From Podarcis melisellensis (lineage: Eukaryota): DNA of 64,000 nucleotides. Below the pieces are notes generated by a model. It worked only from the letters and a program-made list of their open reading frames with translations, was not told the DNA's origin and did not search any database. A program made the position numbers and the translations under genes. How positions within the stretch are numbered: position 1 is the first letter of the stretch; each line of letters starts with the position of its first letter. The DNA lies in NCBI GenBank assembly GCA_964234715.1, contig OZ174280.1. One strand, given 5' to 3'. Shown here one piece after another: positions 36,749-48,344 of the stretch.

Positions 36749-37326
36749 AGGGCACCCACAATGTAAAGTGTGAGTGCTCATTAATAAAAACAGACAAGTG
36801 CATGTTCCAATTCCAGAATTTTTTTAATGTCCTGGTCATATTGGAATTTGGAAGGAATGCAGCCCCTTCCATTTGCATGTTGGTTAGCTGAAGTCTTGGT
36901 AAATGCAGAAGAGTGAAGAGGGCTAAAAGCCACATGTTTCAAAATAACCTAGCAGATCTTTGGCTGCTGGTTGCAAGCGTCCCCACAGCATTCTCTTTAA
37001 AATTCTTCTTGAACATACGATGTGTGTTTCAATTACAATACCTCATTACAGCATCCAGCTTACATCTCAAAGCGTCCAATTTTTCAATTAAGCCCTTGCA
37101 TGCAAAATGACCTTCATGCTACTCTCTCACAAAGTGTCTGGCCACAAACAGGCATGAGTGGCAAGCTGAAACTAGACCAACTCCAAGCCAACTCCCAGTC
37201 CAATTATAAAGGCAGACAGAGGGGGGGGAGGGAAGCGAGAGGGGATATGGGGGAATATTGTAAGGAATAGCTGTTGCATGCAGAAATGATGACATGACCT
37301 CAGGAAACTAAATGGGGGCATTTGCC

Positions 37327-37413
<87 letters not shown>

Positions 37414-37414
37414 A
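37327..37414. repeat. (AAAG)n microsatellite
   Basis: About 22 perfect tetranucleotide units. Confidence 0.99.
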
Positions 37415-40400
37415 CAGCTGGGATGGGATGTCTGTCAGTGTCAACAAGTTGCAAAGAGACTCAACACATCCTTCAAACGAGCAAACCATGGCGTGCCAGG
37501 TATTGCATCACACAAAATGACAGATTCCAATGTAAATTAAGCTTGACTTTCTTTTAGGAAACCATGGCTATCTAAGGGACTGATTTGTTCAGCAAGTGTA
37601 ACTTCGGAGCACAGAGCTGCAAGTGGGGTTGGCCATTTGGGGATGTATAAATTTCAAAAAATAGTGGCTTCACGAAATGTGGATTAGGTCTGTTCTCACT
37701 GAAAGGTGAAACTGAGAACGCCCCACCCCTGCCTCGCCATGCATTACTGAAGTTTGTTTGGAGCCAGTAGGTTGGAGAGTGCTCTTTTACTAACATTTGA
37801 GAAAGGCTGATACTGAATGAGACTGGTAGGGCCAACAGAAGGCAGAGCTAAAAACCACTGACTGGCAGGGGCAGAGCCAATGAAAGGTAGAAGCAACTAA
37901 ATCTAGTTTTGTTCCCATCTTCCTTTCTGCTCAGTTCTGCAAATGCAACATGAAACCTAAGGAGGAGAAAGCTGACAGCCAGTGCCACCGCTGGATAGGT
38001 TGTAAGCAGGAAAGGTAGGTGGGAGGAGGGTTGACCAAAGGAAGTGGGGGGGGTGGCAGTATCCCATTTGCCCTAATAGATCAGCCACCACTGTTAATAT
38101 GCGCTGATGTCCAATGCTGATGACGATCAACTGCTGCTTATTTGTATGCCACCTTCCCACAAAAGTGTGCCAAAAGTACCTCACAACATATCAAATGATC
38201 AATGAGTATAACATTTTTTATAAAAAAGAAGATAAAAACAATTACAAATAATCATAATTCTAGTAAGTAATTTAAAAATATATATCCGTACAACATTGCT
38301 TAAATCAATACAAATAAAGTAAACTAATTTAACAGCTTCAGCTCAATAGAAGGGAGAATACTATTAATAATAACATACCAGCAAACTCCCTTGCCTGTTA
38401 CAGGGATGATTCACATACCAGGGCATCCTTCTTTGTGAAGGCATTCCTGCATAATAGACCAATGAAAGTAGAAAAAGCTGAAATCAGCCTTCAAGCAAAA
38501 GGGAAATCTCATTCAACTGCAGCAACAGACCCAGCAAGAGATTTAGGCTCCCGGAAGGCACACACCAGCCATTGCTTCCCATCTTTTGTGTTGGCCTTAA
38601 AGAATAAACATGCAACAGAGTTTGTACCGTTCTCCAAAACTACCACCCAGACAGTAAACAGAATGCACAGCTTTAGGGATCTTCCATCCAGTAGGTGGCA
38701 GTATAGACCTCCCTGACTCTGATCCTTTTTGCTGGCCCAATCGTTTTCGCAGGATTTCAAAACGCAAACTGCGCACACTATTTTAAAAACACTGTTAGGA
38801 CCTGCTATTGTATTTCTTAATAAAAAGAACTGCCAGAGGAGAGGCAAATCTACACTGGGAACAGGGCACTGGGTAGGTGGGATGTTCACTCTTTTATCTG
38901 TACCACTTTGATGTCCAAATGCTGCTATTTGGCCCCCAAGTGCTATAAGTATTAATAAACAGATCACACACACAAACTTAGTTTTTTTTAATTATTGGCA
39001 TTTATTTTACTTAAGCTATAAGCTGCCTTATAGGGTACAGGCAACAACAACCACTTCTTAGTAAGATCCAAAATGTATTTCTGTTCCCCCACCCCCATGA
39101 AACTTTTTCTTTTTAACCTACAATGCGGATGTTTATTGCATCACAGGTTGTCTGTGCCACTAGCATGCTCTCCCCTCAGCAAACCAGGCAAAAGAAGCGC
39201 CATGGAGCTGCCTGCCATTTCTAGTTTAAACAGTCCGATTTCCTGATCCCTCATTTTGAATACTGTCTGGCAACCTCACAAATCAACTGACACTGAAGTC
39301 AGCTTCTCAGGTTGCTGCCAGATAGCCTGCTTACAGGTCATTCATTCTTATTTGTTCACAGGGAGGTTAGATGGTATTGCGTCAAAGCAAGTGCAATGGT
39401 ACAGAATATTTTCCCTCACTTTCCTTAACTCAAACAGTGGCTTGTTGTACAAAGCCTCCCAATCAACTATAATTGTGCAACTTGAATTTTCTGGTATGTG
39501 ACTGAATCTCACCCAAAAAACAGCACCCTCACTCTAAGCAGTCTGAGTAACCACACTGGCTGCTATTTATTGGCCCAAAAGCAAACTGCCAAGCAAAATG
39601 ACTGGCTCAGAAAAAGAAGGAATATGTGAATGCCTTAACAAATACAGTCCCTTCCGCCGCTGAGGAAGGCATATCTATAATCGTAAGTACTACGTAGAGA
39701 AGTCGGCAATTATGTTTCATAGATATGAAAGCAAGGCGCTGAACTTTGTTCATGTACACACAAACACACACATTGATGTAAACACTTCAAAAGCGTTGTT
39801 ATACGTAGCTTCTCACTTCATTAAAATGTCCTTGGTTAAGAACACACACACACACCAAACCCCAGAACGTAATTCATTTGTGTCATCATGTTTTGCCAAA
39901 TGGAATCATGACCTCCGCAATTCAGAGATGAACGGCACCAGAATCAAAGCCCATCTCCAGCGGTAGTATTAAATATGACAAGGCAAGTACAAGCCAGGTC
40001 TAATAGCAAAAGACTTTTGACTTTTTTTAAGATGTTCAATCGAACATTTAAAAGGTTTTGTCTGTATCAGGTCTAGAAAGCACCCCTGGGGCAGGCTTAA
40101 GTAACTATGCCATTAGGCACAGAGCTGCAAATTGCCTATTAAGCCTGACTGAAACTGTAAAATTGCTTTTCACAATGCAAATTAATGTAAATAAGAACAA
40201 TTGGTTACACATATCAGAGACTATCAAACTGTCAAAGATGATGCAGTCTGCTTTTTCCCCTGGAATTAGCATTACTTTAAAGTTATATTTAGTTCACGTT
40301 GAGTCCCGGGTATTCCTGTGATGAATTCTTCAGAACTATTATAAACTGCCACATATACACAATAATATCTGCCCTCCTGCCTGCCAAAATCCTTATTAAA

Positions 40401-41309
40401 AGGGCAGGTGGGAGAGGTTGTAATGTTCTCATCCAGGTCCAACAGAAATAAAATTTATAAGAGACAAAACATAAAGACATTTTGTACCAATGTTTTGTTT
40501 GTTTCAAATTGGCTGTAAGATTCTACGAACGGCCAAAGCTCTCTTCTGTACCCTCCGGGCAGCAGCTGTATGCCATTGCTAATGCTGCAGTTTCTGAGAC
40601 CTCCCTACTTTGTGCGGTGTGTGTTTTAAAAAGTCATTTCGCAAAGATGTATCACAATGGAAGGTTCATTCAATTTGTTGTATGCAAGCACTCAGACCTA
40701 GGAAGCTGGAACTGAGTCATTGCATGATATTGTTTCTGCTTTGCTGGCTACTGAACTGGCCGTCCATGAATTCTCATCTTCTGACAATAAGATAGAAGCA
40801 CTAAGGTGGCCCTAGAAAAATGCTCATCCTTTCACTGTTTCGATGGAGCTGTGACATATGGAGGCCAATGTCCATGCAAGGCTGCTCAGACCCAAGAAAG
40901 GAGGTGCACTAACCGAGTCGGGGCAAATGAGGTGTGACAAGCTCTTTGTGCTGCCTGCTTAGCAAGAGTTTCGGCAGCCATGGAGTTTGGGAAAGAGAGC
41001 ATGACAGTCAGACAACAAGTCTAGGCCGGGCAAGAATGAAACCATTTATCATCTACTCTATATACATACACTTATGGAATTCCTCAGCAGTGAAGCCACA
41101 GTCTCCAAAAGGGTCAAAAAAAGTCGTCTCCTGCAAGAGAATTTGGACAAGTCTGTCTGACATGTGTGAGGTGAGCAACAGACCAACAGCAAAGGCAGCA
41201 ATCCTATGTGAGACGGAAACCTAATTGTTAGGATAGGATTGCTCCTAAACTCTCCTTTACTTATAGAATGCAAGTTCAGCATCAGAAAAGCAAATAAACA
41301 GTGATATCT

Positions 41310-41998
41310 TTCCTTTCCTTTTTTAAATATTTCAATTTTCAAAATAACAACATCTTTCCTTTTGTGTATACATATCCAATCCAAATTTGCATTAAATAAC
41401 TCCCCCACCCCCGGTTTCCATCCCCCCTTTTATTCTCCTTGCACATAATTATATTTCTCCAATTAATTTCAACTTCTTTTCTCATCCTAATTCTATTATT
41501 AGTTCATAAATGTTACATCAAACCTGCTAATGTTTTAATATTTTCACAGTGTTCTTTAAAGTAATCTATAAAGTTTTCCCATTCTTGATTGAATTTTTCC
41601 TCATCTTGGTGCCTGATCTTCACAGTAAGTTTACCCATTTCAGCATAGTCTATCATCTTAGTCATCCATTCTTCTTTCATTGGGACATTTTCATCTTTCC
41701 ACTTTTGGGCAAATAACATTCTAGCCACTGTAGTCACATACATAAACAGTCTCTTTTACTTCCTTGGCACTTCTCCTATTGCTCCTAGTAAAAAAGCCTC
41801 TGGGTTTTTTTTTTTAACAAACATACTCTTAAACATTTTTAAAATTTCATTATATATCATTTCCCAGAAGCCCTTTACTTTCCACCACATATGAACAAAT
41901 GTACCTTCTTTATCCTTACATTTACAGCATAAACTAGAAGAAATTTTATACATCTTAGCAAGCTTTACTGGAGACAAATACCACAGTACATCATTTTC
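41310..41998 (-). mobile_element. L1-clade LINE 3' fragment (ORF2 C-terminal cysteine-rich domain and 3' UTR)
   Basis: SPVKLAKMYKISSSLCCKCKDKEGTFVHMWW and MYVTTVARMLFAQKWK...EEWMTKMIDYAEM match non-mammalian L1 ORF2 C-termini. Confidence 0.88.
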
Positions 41999-42011
41999 AG
42001 TGGGACTTAGC

Positions 42012-42385
42012 TTGACGTCAACGCCTCATACATTTAAAACAAATCTAAAGCACCCACCCAAATAATCCTGGGAACTGTAGCTTTAAGGGTGCTGGGAACT
42101 GTTGGTCTATGAGTTTCCAGTATTCTTCGAAGTGTATAGTGGTACCTTGGGTTACGTTACCTTCGGGTAACGTAATTTTGGGTTGCGAACACAGCAAACC
42201 TGTAAGTGTATACTTCTGGGTTTCTCCATGCGTGTATGCGCAGAAGCGCTCTATCACTCCCTGTGCATGTGCAGAAGTGGCACCTCTGGATACGGAGTTT
42301 TGGGGTAAGTACGGACCCCCGGGATGAATTAAGTTCGTATCCAGAGGGTCCACTGTATTTTAAATGTATGGCATGTATGCAGCCA
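42012..42385. mobile_element. Palindromic MITE interrupted by a nested mariner-type MITE
   Basis: Arms CATACATTTAAAA and TTTTAAATGTATG, and internal CTGGGAACTGTAG motifs. Split at 42136. Confidence 0.65.
42137..42355. mobile_element. Tc1/mariner (Tigger/pogo-like) MITE, related to 20079-20302
   Basis: TIRs (C>T)AGTGGTACCTT and GAGGGTCCACTG, flanked by TA. Confidence 0.88.
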
Positions 42386-45180
42386 TAGACTGGACAAGAC
42401 TACACAGTGCGTTAAAAAGATAAACCTTACCTCAGAATAATACATCAAGAAACAGTGTGTGTGTGTGACTGGCTGCATAGTCCTCCAGTCAAGACTATAC
42501 CTGGAGCATGTTGTTTTTAAAGCAGTTGTGAGCAATTTGGGGACACAACTGCAATACCTTCTCTATGTGTTGATTTGCACTTAATGTGCCTGGAGAAATG
42601 TAAAAGCAGCTAGTGATGAGAAGCATGCTAAAAATAATGTACCCGAATGCATTTGGTGTACAAATGCTTAACAGATGGACAAGGCACCAGAAGGATTGCA
42701 CCAGGAAGTCAGCAGGTGGACAGAGAAGCCAGAAATGGCTGGCGCCCATCTGATTAACAAACACAAATACCTTGAAAAGTGTACAAGCTGGCCACACCGC
42801 CGACTGGCATAGGACAGACAACGAAGCAGAAATAGCTTGGAGATGTCAAGTAAAACAGATATTTGCCAGTTTTAACAGCTGAATAACAAAATGGCTGTTT
42901 CTCCCTCCATTATGGGGATGAAGCCAGCCTGGAAATACATGTCTTGAAAGGTGGAGGTAGAGATGTACAAAATAAAGAAAGTAATCCTGTTTCCGTCTCA
43001 CCTGGAGTGGCTGTGTGGCCATTCAGGGATGGGAGGCAGGGTTCCTGGCTGGAGTCTGGGGTGTGTGTGTAATAGATGCAGGGACTGCTTAAGCCTGCTC
43101 TGCTCTTCCTTCAATTTGTGTGTCCACCTTCCTCCTCTACAAACTTTCAAGGTTCACAAAGCCCCCTGGGCTTATTTCCGTCATTTGGCATTAATGCAGA
43201 GGGGCTACTATCCTGGCAAATTTCTTCCACTTCTGTCAAAAGGGGTGAAATACAGCAATTTCTTTTTATTTCCCAAAAGTGAAGGAGTGGAAATAAAATC
43301 CCCTTTTTTCTGAAACAGGCTTTGCCTCAAACACAGCACCAAACTGCAGCATATGAAGCATTTTTGGTCAAGGCAGGGAGTTTTCCAAATCATCATATTG
43401 GGGTCAAAACCAAAGCTTGTGCTTGGTGCATATCCCTAAAGCAGATACGCATGATATCCATACATTCAGACATTCAAAACCATGGAAAATTTAAAATACT
43501 AAAAACCAAAATAAACGTTTCAGAATACAACAGTAGAGTTTGATCGCTCCATTGATGGTTTCTTGATAATAGACGCACCCTTGCCTGTTATTTTCTTCTC
43601 TTCATAGCACTTTAATGTGTTTCTGGGACAACCTTCTCCAGCTAGAATTTTAGTCCTCTGTGGCTCCCTTCAGGACGAAATGACATGATCTCTCTAGTCT
43701 GCTTCTTCTACTGCTTTTTTCATAGATGTCTCTGGTTATTAGGCTAGCGATAATCCTTGCAGAAACTGATGACTATACAACCCTAGTTTAAGCTTCTCTT
43801 CTGCCATATGCTATCATAAGATTGGCTCCAGAGATACACCAGTGGAGGAAACTTTGGTGGTGATGCTGGAAACCATAATACAGCACAGACTTAGTGGAAG
43901 GCTGCTGCTTGAGAAGTTGCAGAAGACTTTGTACATGAGACTGTGCTGTGCCTTCTGCTACCTGCTATCTTAAGATGTGCAAGAGATTGCATAATGCATT
44001 GTGCTAATTGAAGAACACCAATCTGGTCTCCTTTATGACACAAGGATTTTGTGCCAATCCCTCTGTCTTCCAGAAGAGGCAGCTTTGCATCCAATCTATA
44101 TTCTAGTCCAGTCTAGTCTATTCTTAACTACATTTCTTATTACTATTCTATATGGTTAAAATAAGAGGGAGGGATACAAAAAAAACCTGTTCATAAAATT
44201 TCCCAGTAATGACATTTTACAGTCATGTGCTTTCTTCATCTCAGAAGTATTTGTGACTTCTGTTGACGAATGGAGATCGGGAGAGCCTAATGAATTAAAA
44301 TCATACCAAATCAGCTTTCCTCCCTCTTCCTCTTAAAAAACACGGATTAAATCTTGCCTGCCCCCTTGCTGATCTGAAAACAGTTTTACATGATTTAACA
44401 ACATCTAGGCAGGATTACTGTAATTCGCAGTTCACAGTTCTGCCAATGTCATCATTACGGAAACTGTATTTGCTTCTGAATGCAGCAGCAGCAGCCTGAG
44501 TGATCTCTGGCACCTTTCAAAATGAGCACACATTACCGTGGTCGTTGAGCCTTTTTGCTGGGAAAAGACTATAAGCTTTCCTTTCAGAATTACAAGCCCA
44601 TAATAGTTTGGGGATTGATTATCTCAGTCCACCTTTTTTAATACTATTTCCCCATTATAGGCCTAACCCAGCAATCCGATAGGTGACTTTATCAGGAGCT
44701 CAGGACCATTAACTCTGAATGATGTCCTATGGGGGAAGAGGGGGATTAGGGTGCTCAGTGCAAAGATCAATAGCTGTAATGCCAGCCTATTTGTTTTGTC
44801 TATATCTCTAAAAATTCTTCCATTCCAGATTGTTCATTCCTTTTCCATTCAGTTGCATTTTCATTCTGAAAGCATTCCTAGATTTTTTAAAATTTTATTT
44901 CAGACTTCTCATTCACCTTATATTCATACCACGATGCTTTCCACAGCAGAAATGCATGAGATTAAATACTGTGGTTCAAACCTAGATTTAGTCTCTGGTT
45001 TCTCCAGTTGCAAAAAAAAGAAAAAAGAAAGAAAAGGATGAGTGAGCAGGTGATGTAAAAGAGACCCTCAAGAGTGTCTGCCAATCATAATAAAAAATAC
45101 TGTTAAATTTCCCCATCATACTTGCTGCAACGCTAATAATTATCAGCCCGTGCCAAACTGGTACTATTTGTACCCAATAA

Positions 45181-45411
45181 TGTGGAGTGGAACTGCTTAC
45201 CTGAGCTTCTGGCAGGTGACTTACTGCCACTTACCAGGAGTGGGGAGTGACATTGGTGGTGACATTGGTATGTTTCAAATGCACCAGCAGAACCAATTGG
45301 ATGCTCCCACTGGTGTGATTACATTGCACTCCCCCCCCCCTGCTGCCTTGCTCCTCTCCCTCCTGGTAAGCCGCAGCAACTCACCTGCCAGAAGCTAAGC
45401 ATCCCCATCAC
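45181..45411. repeat. Long imperfect inverted repeat (MITE-like)
   Basis: AGCTTCTGGCAGGTGACTTACTGCCACTTACCAGGAG (45204-45240) pairs with CTCCTGGTAAGCCGCAGCAACTCACCTGCCAGAAGCT (45360-45396), 33/37. Confidence 0.85.
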
Positions 45412-46290
45412 ACCACCTGTTGCTGCCTGCACTTTAAGCATCTTGTGTGGCAGGAGGTGGATGGAAGAGATTTTTTTGGTGTTAAGAACACCAGCCAAAC
45501 AAGGGCAGACTTTGGTCATGGGGAATTGTTGTAGGGCATCACTTTACTTGAGATTTGACTCATTCATTTGAAAAGAGTTACTTCACTTTATTTCAGCAAC
45601 TACCGATCAGTGCATTCACCTTGGATAAAGCGAAAATGGAGGCAGGCCTCGAGATATATTTTTTCTTAACAGGTCAAATATTGGGGTAAGTGAAGTTTTT
45701 CAGAAATAGACAGTTTGGTTCAGATAGAGATCTGGAAGTGGGATTTTGCAGGAAGGAGAAAGCAACAAGGGCCTTTGACATTCTTGGCTAAACCTTTTAC
45801 TGCAGCTGCACTCCCATTAAAAGGTAATTCTGCTTTTAATGAACTAGATTAAAGGCCCCATCTAATTTTAATGCCTAATAGTGTTTTTAAAAATACAGTT
45901 AACAGTAAAACTGTTAGTGCTGAAGGATGTTGCATGTTCTAATCTCCAGCAACACTGAGTATATATATGTAGATACAGAGTGGGGAAAAAAATTAATGAT
46001 TACCATTATTATAACATACATGGTAGCATAATACTATGCTCCTAGAACCTGCTCTCAAATATATTCATACAGGATTGTAATTTTATCCTAATTTGTAGTC
46101 TTTCATACAATTGAAAACATTTACAGATGAGCCTTGTAAATTATCAAAAGCAAGCACCATTATTAGGGTCTACTTCCAGAGAAGTGGTCAAGGGATTGCA
46201 GCCTAAGTCTTATCAAATCAAAACAGTTGATTGTGGAAGACTCCAAAGAAAAACAATTCAGATGTTCAATACATCACATTATTTGATATA

Positions 46291-46351
46291 TATAATAATA
46301 TAATATAATATAATATAATATAATATAATATAATATAATATAATATAATAT
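46291..46351. repeat. (TAATA)n pentanucleotide microsatellite
   Basis: About 12 tandem TATAA/TAATA units. Confidence 0.97.
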
Positions 46352-46871
46352 GATTTATATATATAAACAATATAAACAATATATATATTGTTAAAAGCAC
46401 CAAGTTACCTTCACCCTGAAGGGTGATTCCACAAATTGTACCCACACCCACACACTTTCATACGTGGATACGCACACCATATTTTGCCCATGTTCCAAGT
46501 CAATAGTATTATACAAATTTCTAATTTTAGTCATGTTTGAATGAATCTTCGTTTTATTTCTTCACCTCCTAGGATATCAAAATCATTAATTCCAGTGAAC
46601 CAGCATTAACCCAGCATACAATTTTTACTAGCAAAGTCATCATTTGAGTCATCACCAGCTGAGCCCACTGTGGATGTCCAACTGCTTGGAGATGTGTCCC
46701 TCCAATACAATCTTTCCTTTCCCCTCATATCTTCTCCTCCCATTTGACTTTGGTGATGGACTTGAAGGGGGATGGGGAGGAACGACAATCTTGTAGTGTC
46801 AGAACCTATTTAAAAAAACCACCTGTAAATATTGTCTAAGTTCCTGGTCAAAGCTAAATATAGGCTAGCAA

Positions 46872-46983
46872 TTTCCAGAGTGGTAGCTCTTGCAACGAAA
46901 ACCTGTAGCACTTAAAAAAAAACCTAACACATTTATTGTGACAGAAGCCTTCTGTGGACTATAGTCCACTTCTTCAGTTGCAT
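46872..46983 (-). mobile_element. Penelope-like element terminal repeat relic with a degenerate minimal hammerhead ribozyme
   Basis: Minus strand ATGCAA-CTGAAGA-A-GTGGAC-TATA-GTCCAC-AGAAG-GCTTCTG...AATAAA...TTAG...TAAGTGCTACAG...GCTACCACTCTGGAAA, the layout of reptile Penelope pseudo-LTRs. Confidence 0.78.
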
Positions 46984-47285
46984 ACTTGCAAGGGGCACCT
47001 AAAAACTGAATAAATGGCAATTGCAGGCATTGGATAGGGCACTGATTCCAGGGGATGAATGAGGCATGCACTAAGGTGATTCATTCACCATGGGGAAATC
47101 CGCTATTCAGCAGTCCCTCTGAGGATGATCCTTGTCAGGAACTATTGAAGCATTTCCCATATGAATGACAATAGACCTGTCCATGCACTATCACCATGAT
47201 CCTTCCACAGAGTAAAACCAAATTACACACAAGGTCTTGGGGCATGTGCAGAGTCCCAGTTGAACCAAGCTTCTCAGTAACAACA

Positions 47286-47640
47286 CAGGGTGACCAGATG
47301 CAAAAGAAAAGAAGAGGAGGAGGAGTTTGGATTTGATATCCTGCTTTATCACTACCCTAAGGAGTCTCAAAGTGGCTAACAATCTCCTTTCCCTTCCTCC
47401 CCCACAACAAACACTCTGTGAGGTGAGTGAGGCTGAGAGACTTCAGAGAAGTGTGACTAGCCCAAGGTCACCCAGCAGCTGCATGTGGAGGAGCAGGGAA
47501 TCGAATCCGGTTCACCAGATTACAAGTCCACTGCTCTTAACCACTACACCACTACACCACACTGGCTCTCCTGCCAGTGTCACTCTGGCCCCTTTTTTAG
47601 CTATGTAGAACAAAGTCCCCTTCCACATCTGGTCACACTA
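47286..47640. mobile_element. hAT-Blackjack-like MITE interrupted by a Squam3-like SINE
   Basis: TIRs CAGGGTGACCAGATG and CATCTGGTCACACTA (13/15) bracket the SINE. Confidence 0.65.
47310..47570 (-). mobile_element. Squam3-like CORE-SINE
   Basis: Full-length reverse copy with an 8-bp duplication (CCACTACA x2) in the head. Confidence 0.92.
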
Positions 47641-48222
47641 CCATCATACAGCATCCGTTCCGCTATGTTGGTGCATCTCATTAAATGGAGATGCTCAGCT
47701 TGTACCAGAAACTGAAAACAGAAAGTGGGTAATGTGGATGTGTAGCAGATGATGTATTTTTTGACCTTCACTGATCAGCAGCATTTGCAACTACTGGGAT
47801 TGATATATAGTGTAACTCTGCAGTATTACTGGCAAACATTCAAGTTTGTGTGTCACTTGGGGAGAAATCAGAATTAATTTTGGAAAGCAAAGCAAATTCT
47901 ATTTTTGAAGTGTGGGTTTTTTTTAAGACCTCATATATAAACCACTAATGGTAGAGTCAATATGCACATCATAGATGGATAATTAACTGCTAGGTAAATT
48001 TTAAAATACTAGTAAAGGCCAGTCCTGAGCTAGTGGGATGGGAAGTTTTTTCTTCATCTTCAAATCACCACACTTGAGCAATCGGTATGGCCTGATTTGT
48101 GTTGGTACATATATCAAAGTAATTCTCCCCAGCATAGTTGTGGGTGTAGGTGTGCTCAAAGTGACAAGCCCTCTTCAGTCAACTAAATTCTGTGGGCAAT
48201 GGACATTGGACAATGAACATTT

Positions 48223-48344
48223 GCTGGGATAGCTCAGTCAGCAGAGCATGAGATTCTGGATCAAGCCCTACATTGGGCAAAGGAGGGGGTTGGACTACAT
48301 GATCCTCATGATCCCTTCCAAATCTAAAATTCTAGGATTCTATG
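48223..48344 (+). mobile_element. tRNA(Lys)-like SINE with CR1 tail (lacertid P.s.1/SINE-like), internally deleted
   Basis: GGATAGCTCAGTCAGCAGAGCATGAGA head and GGGGGTTGGACTACATGATCCTCATGATCCCTTCC...ATTCTAGGATTCTATG CR1-type octamer tail. Confidence 0.75.

Noticed and set aside
37172-37557. KERK/FLSF repeat ORFs (also poly-L/F/T ORFs at 55016-55560)
   Set aside because: Translations of microsatellites.
38750-40636. Identical peptide CAVCVLKS in two ORFs on opposite strands, with synonymous codon differences
   Set aside because: Similarity does not extend beyond 8 residues. A rough estimate gives a few such matches by chance among all six-frame position pairs in 64 kb.
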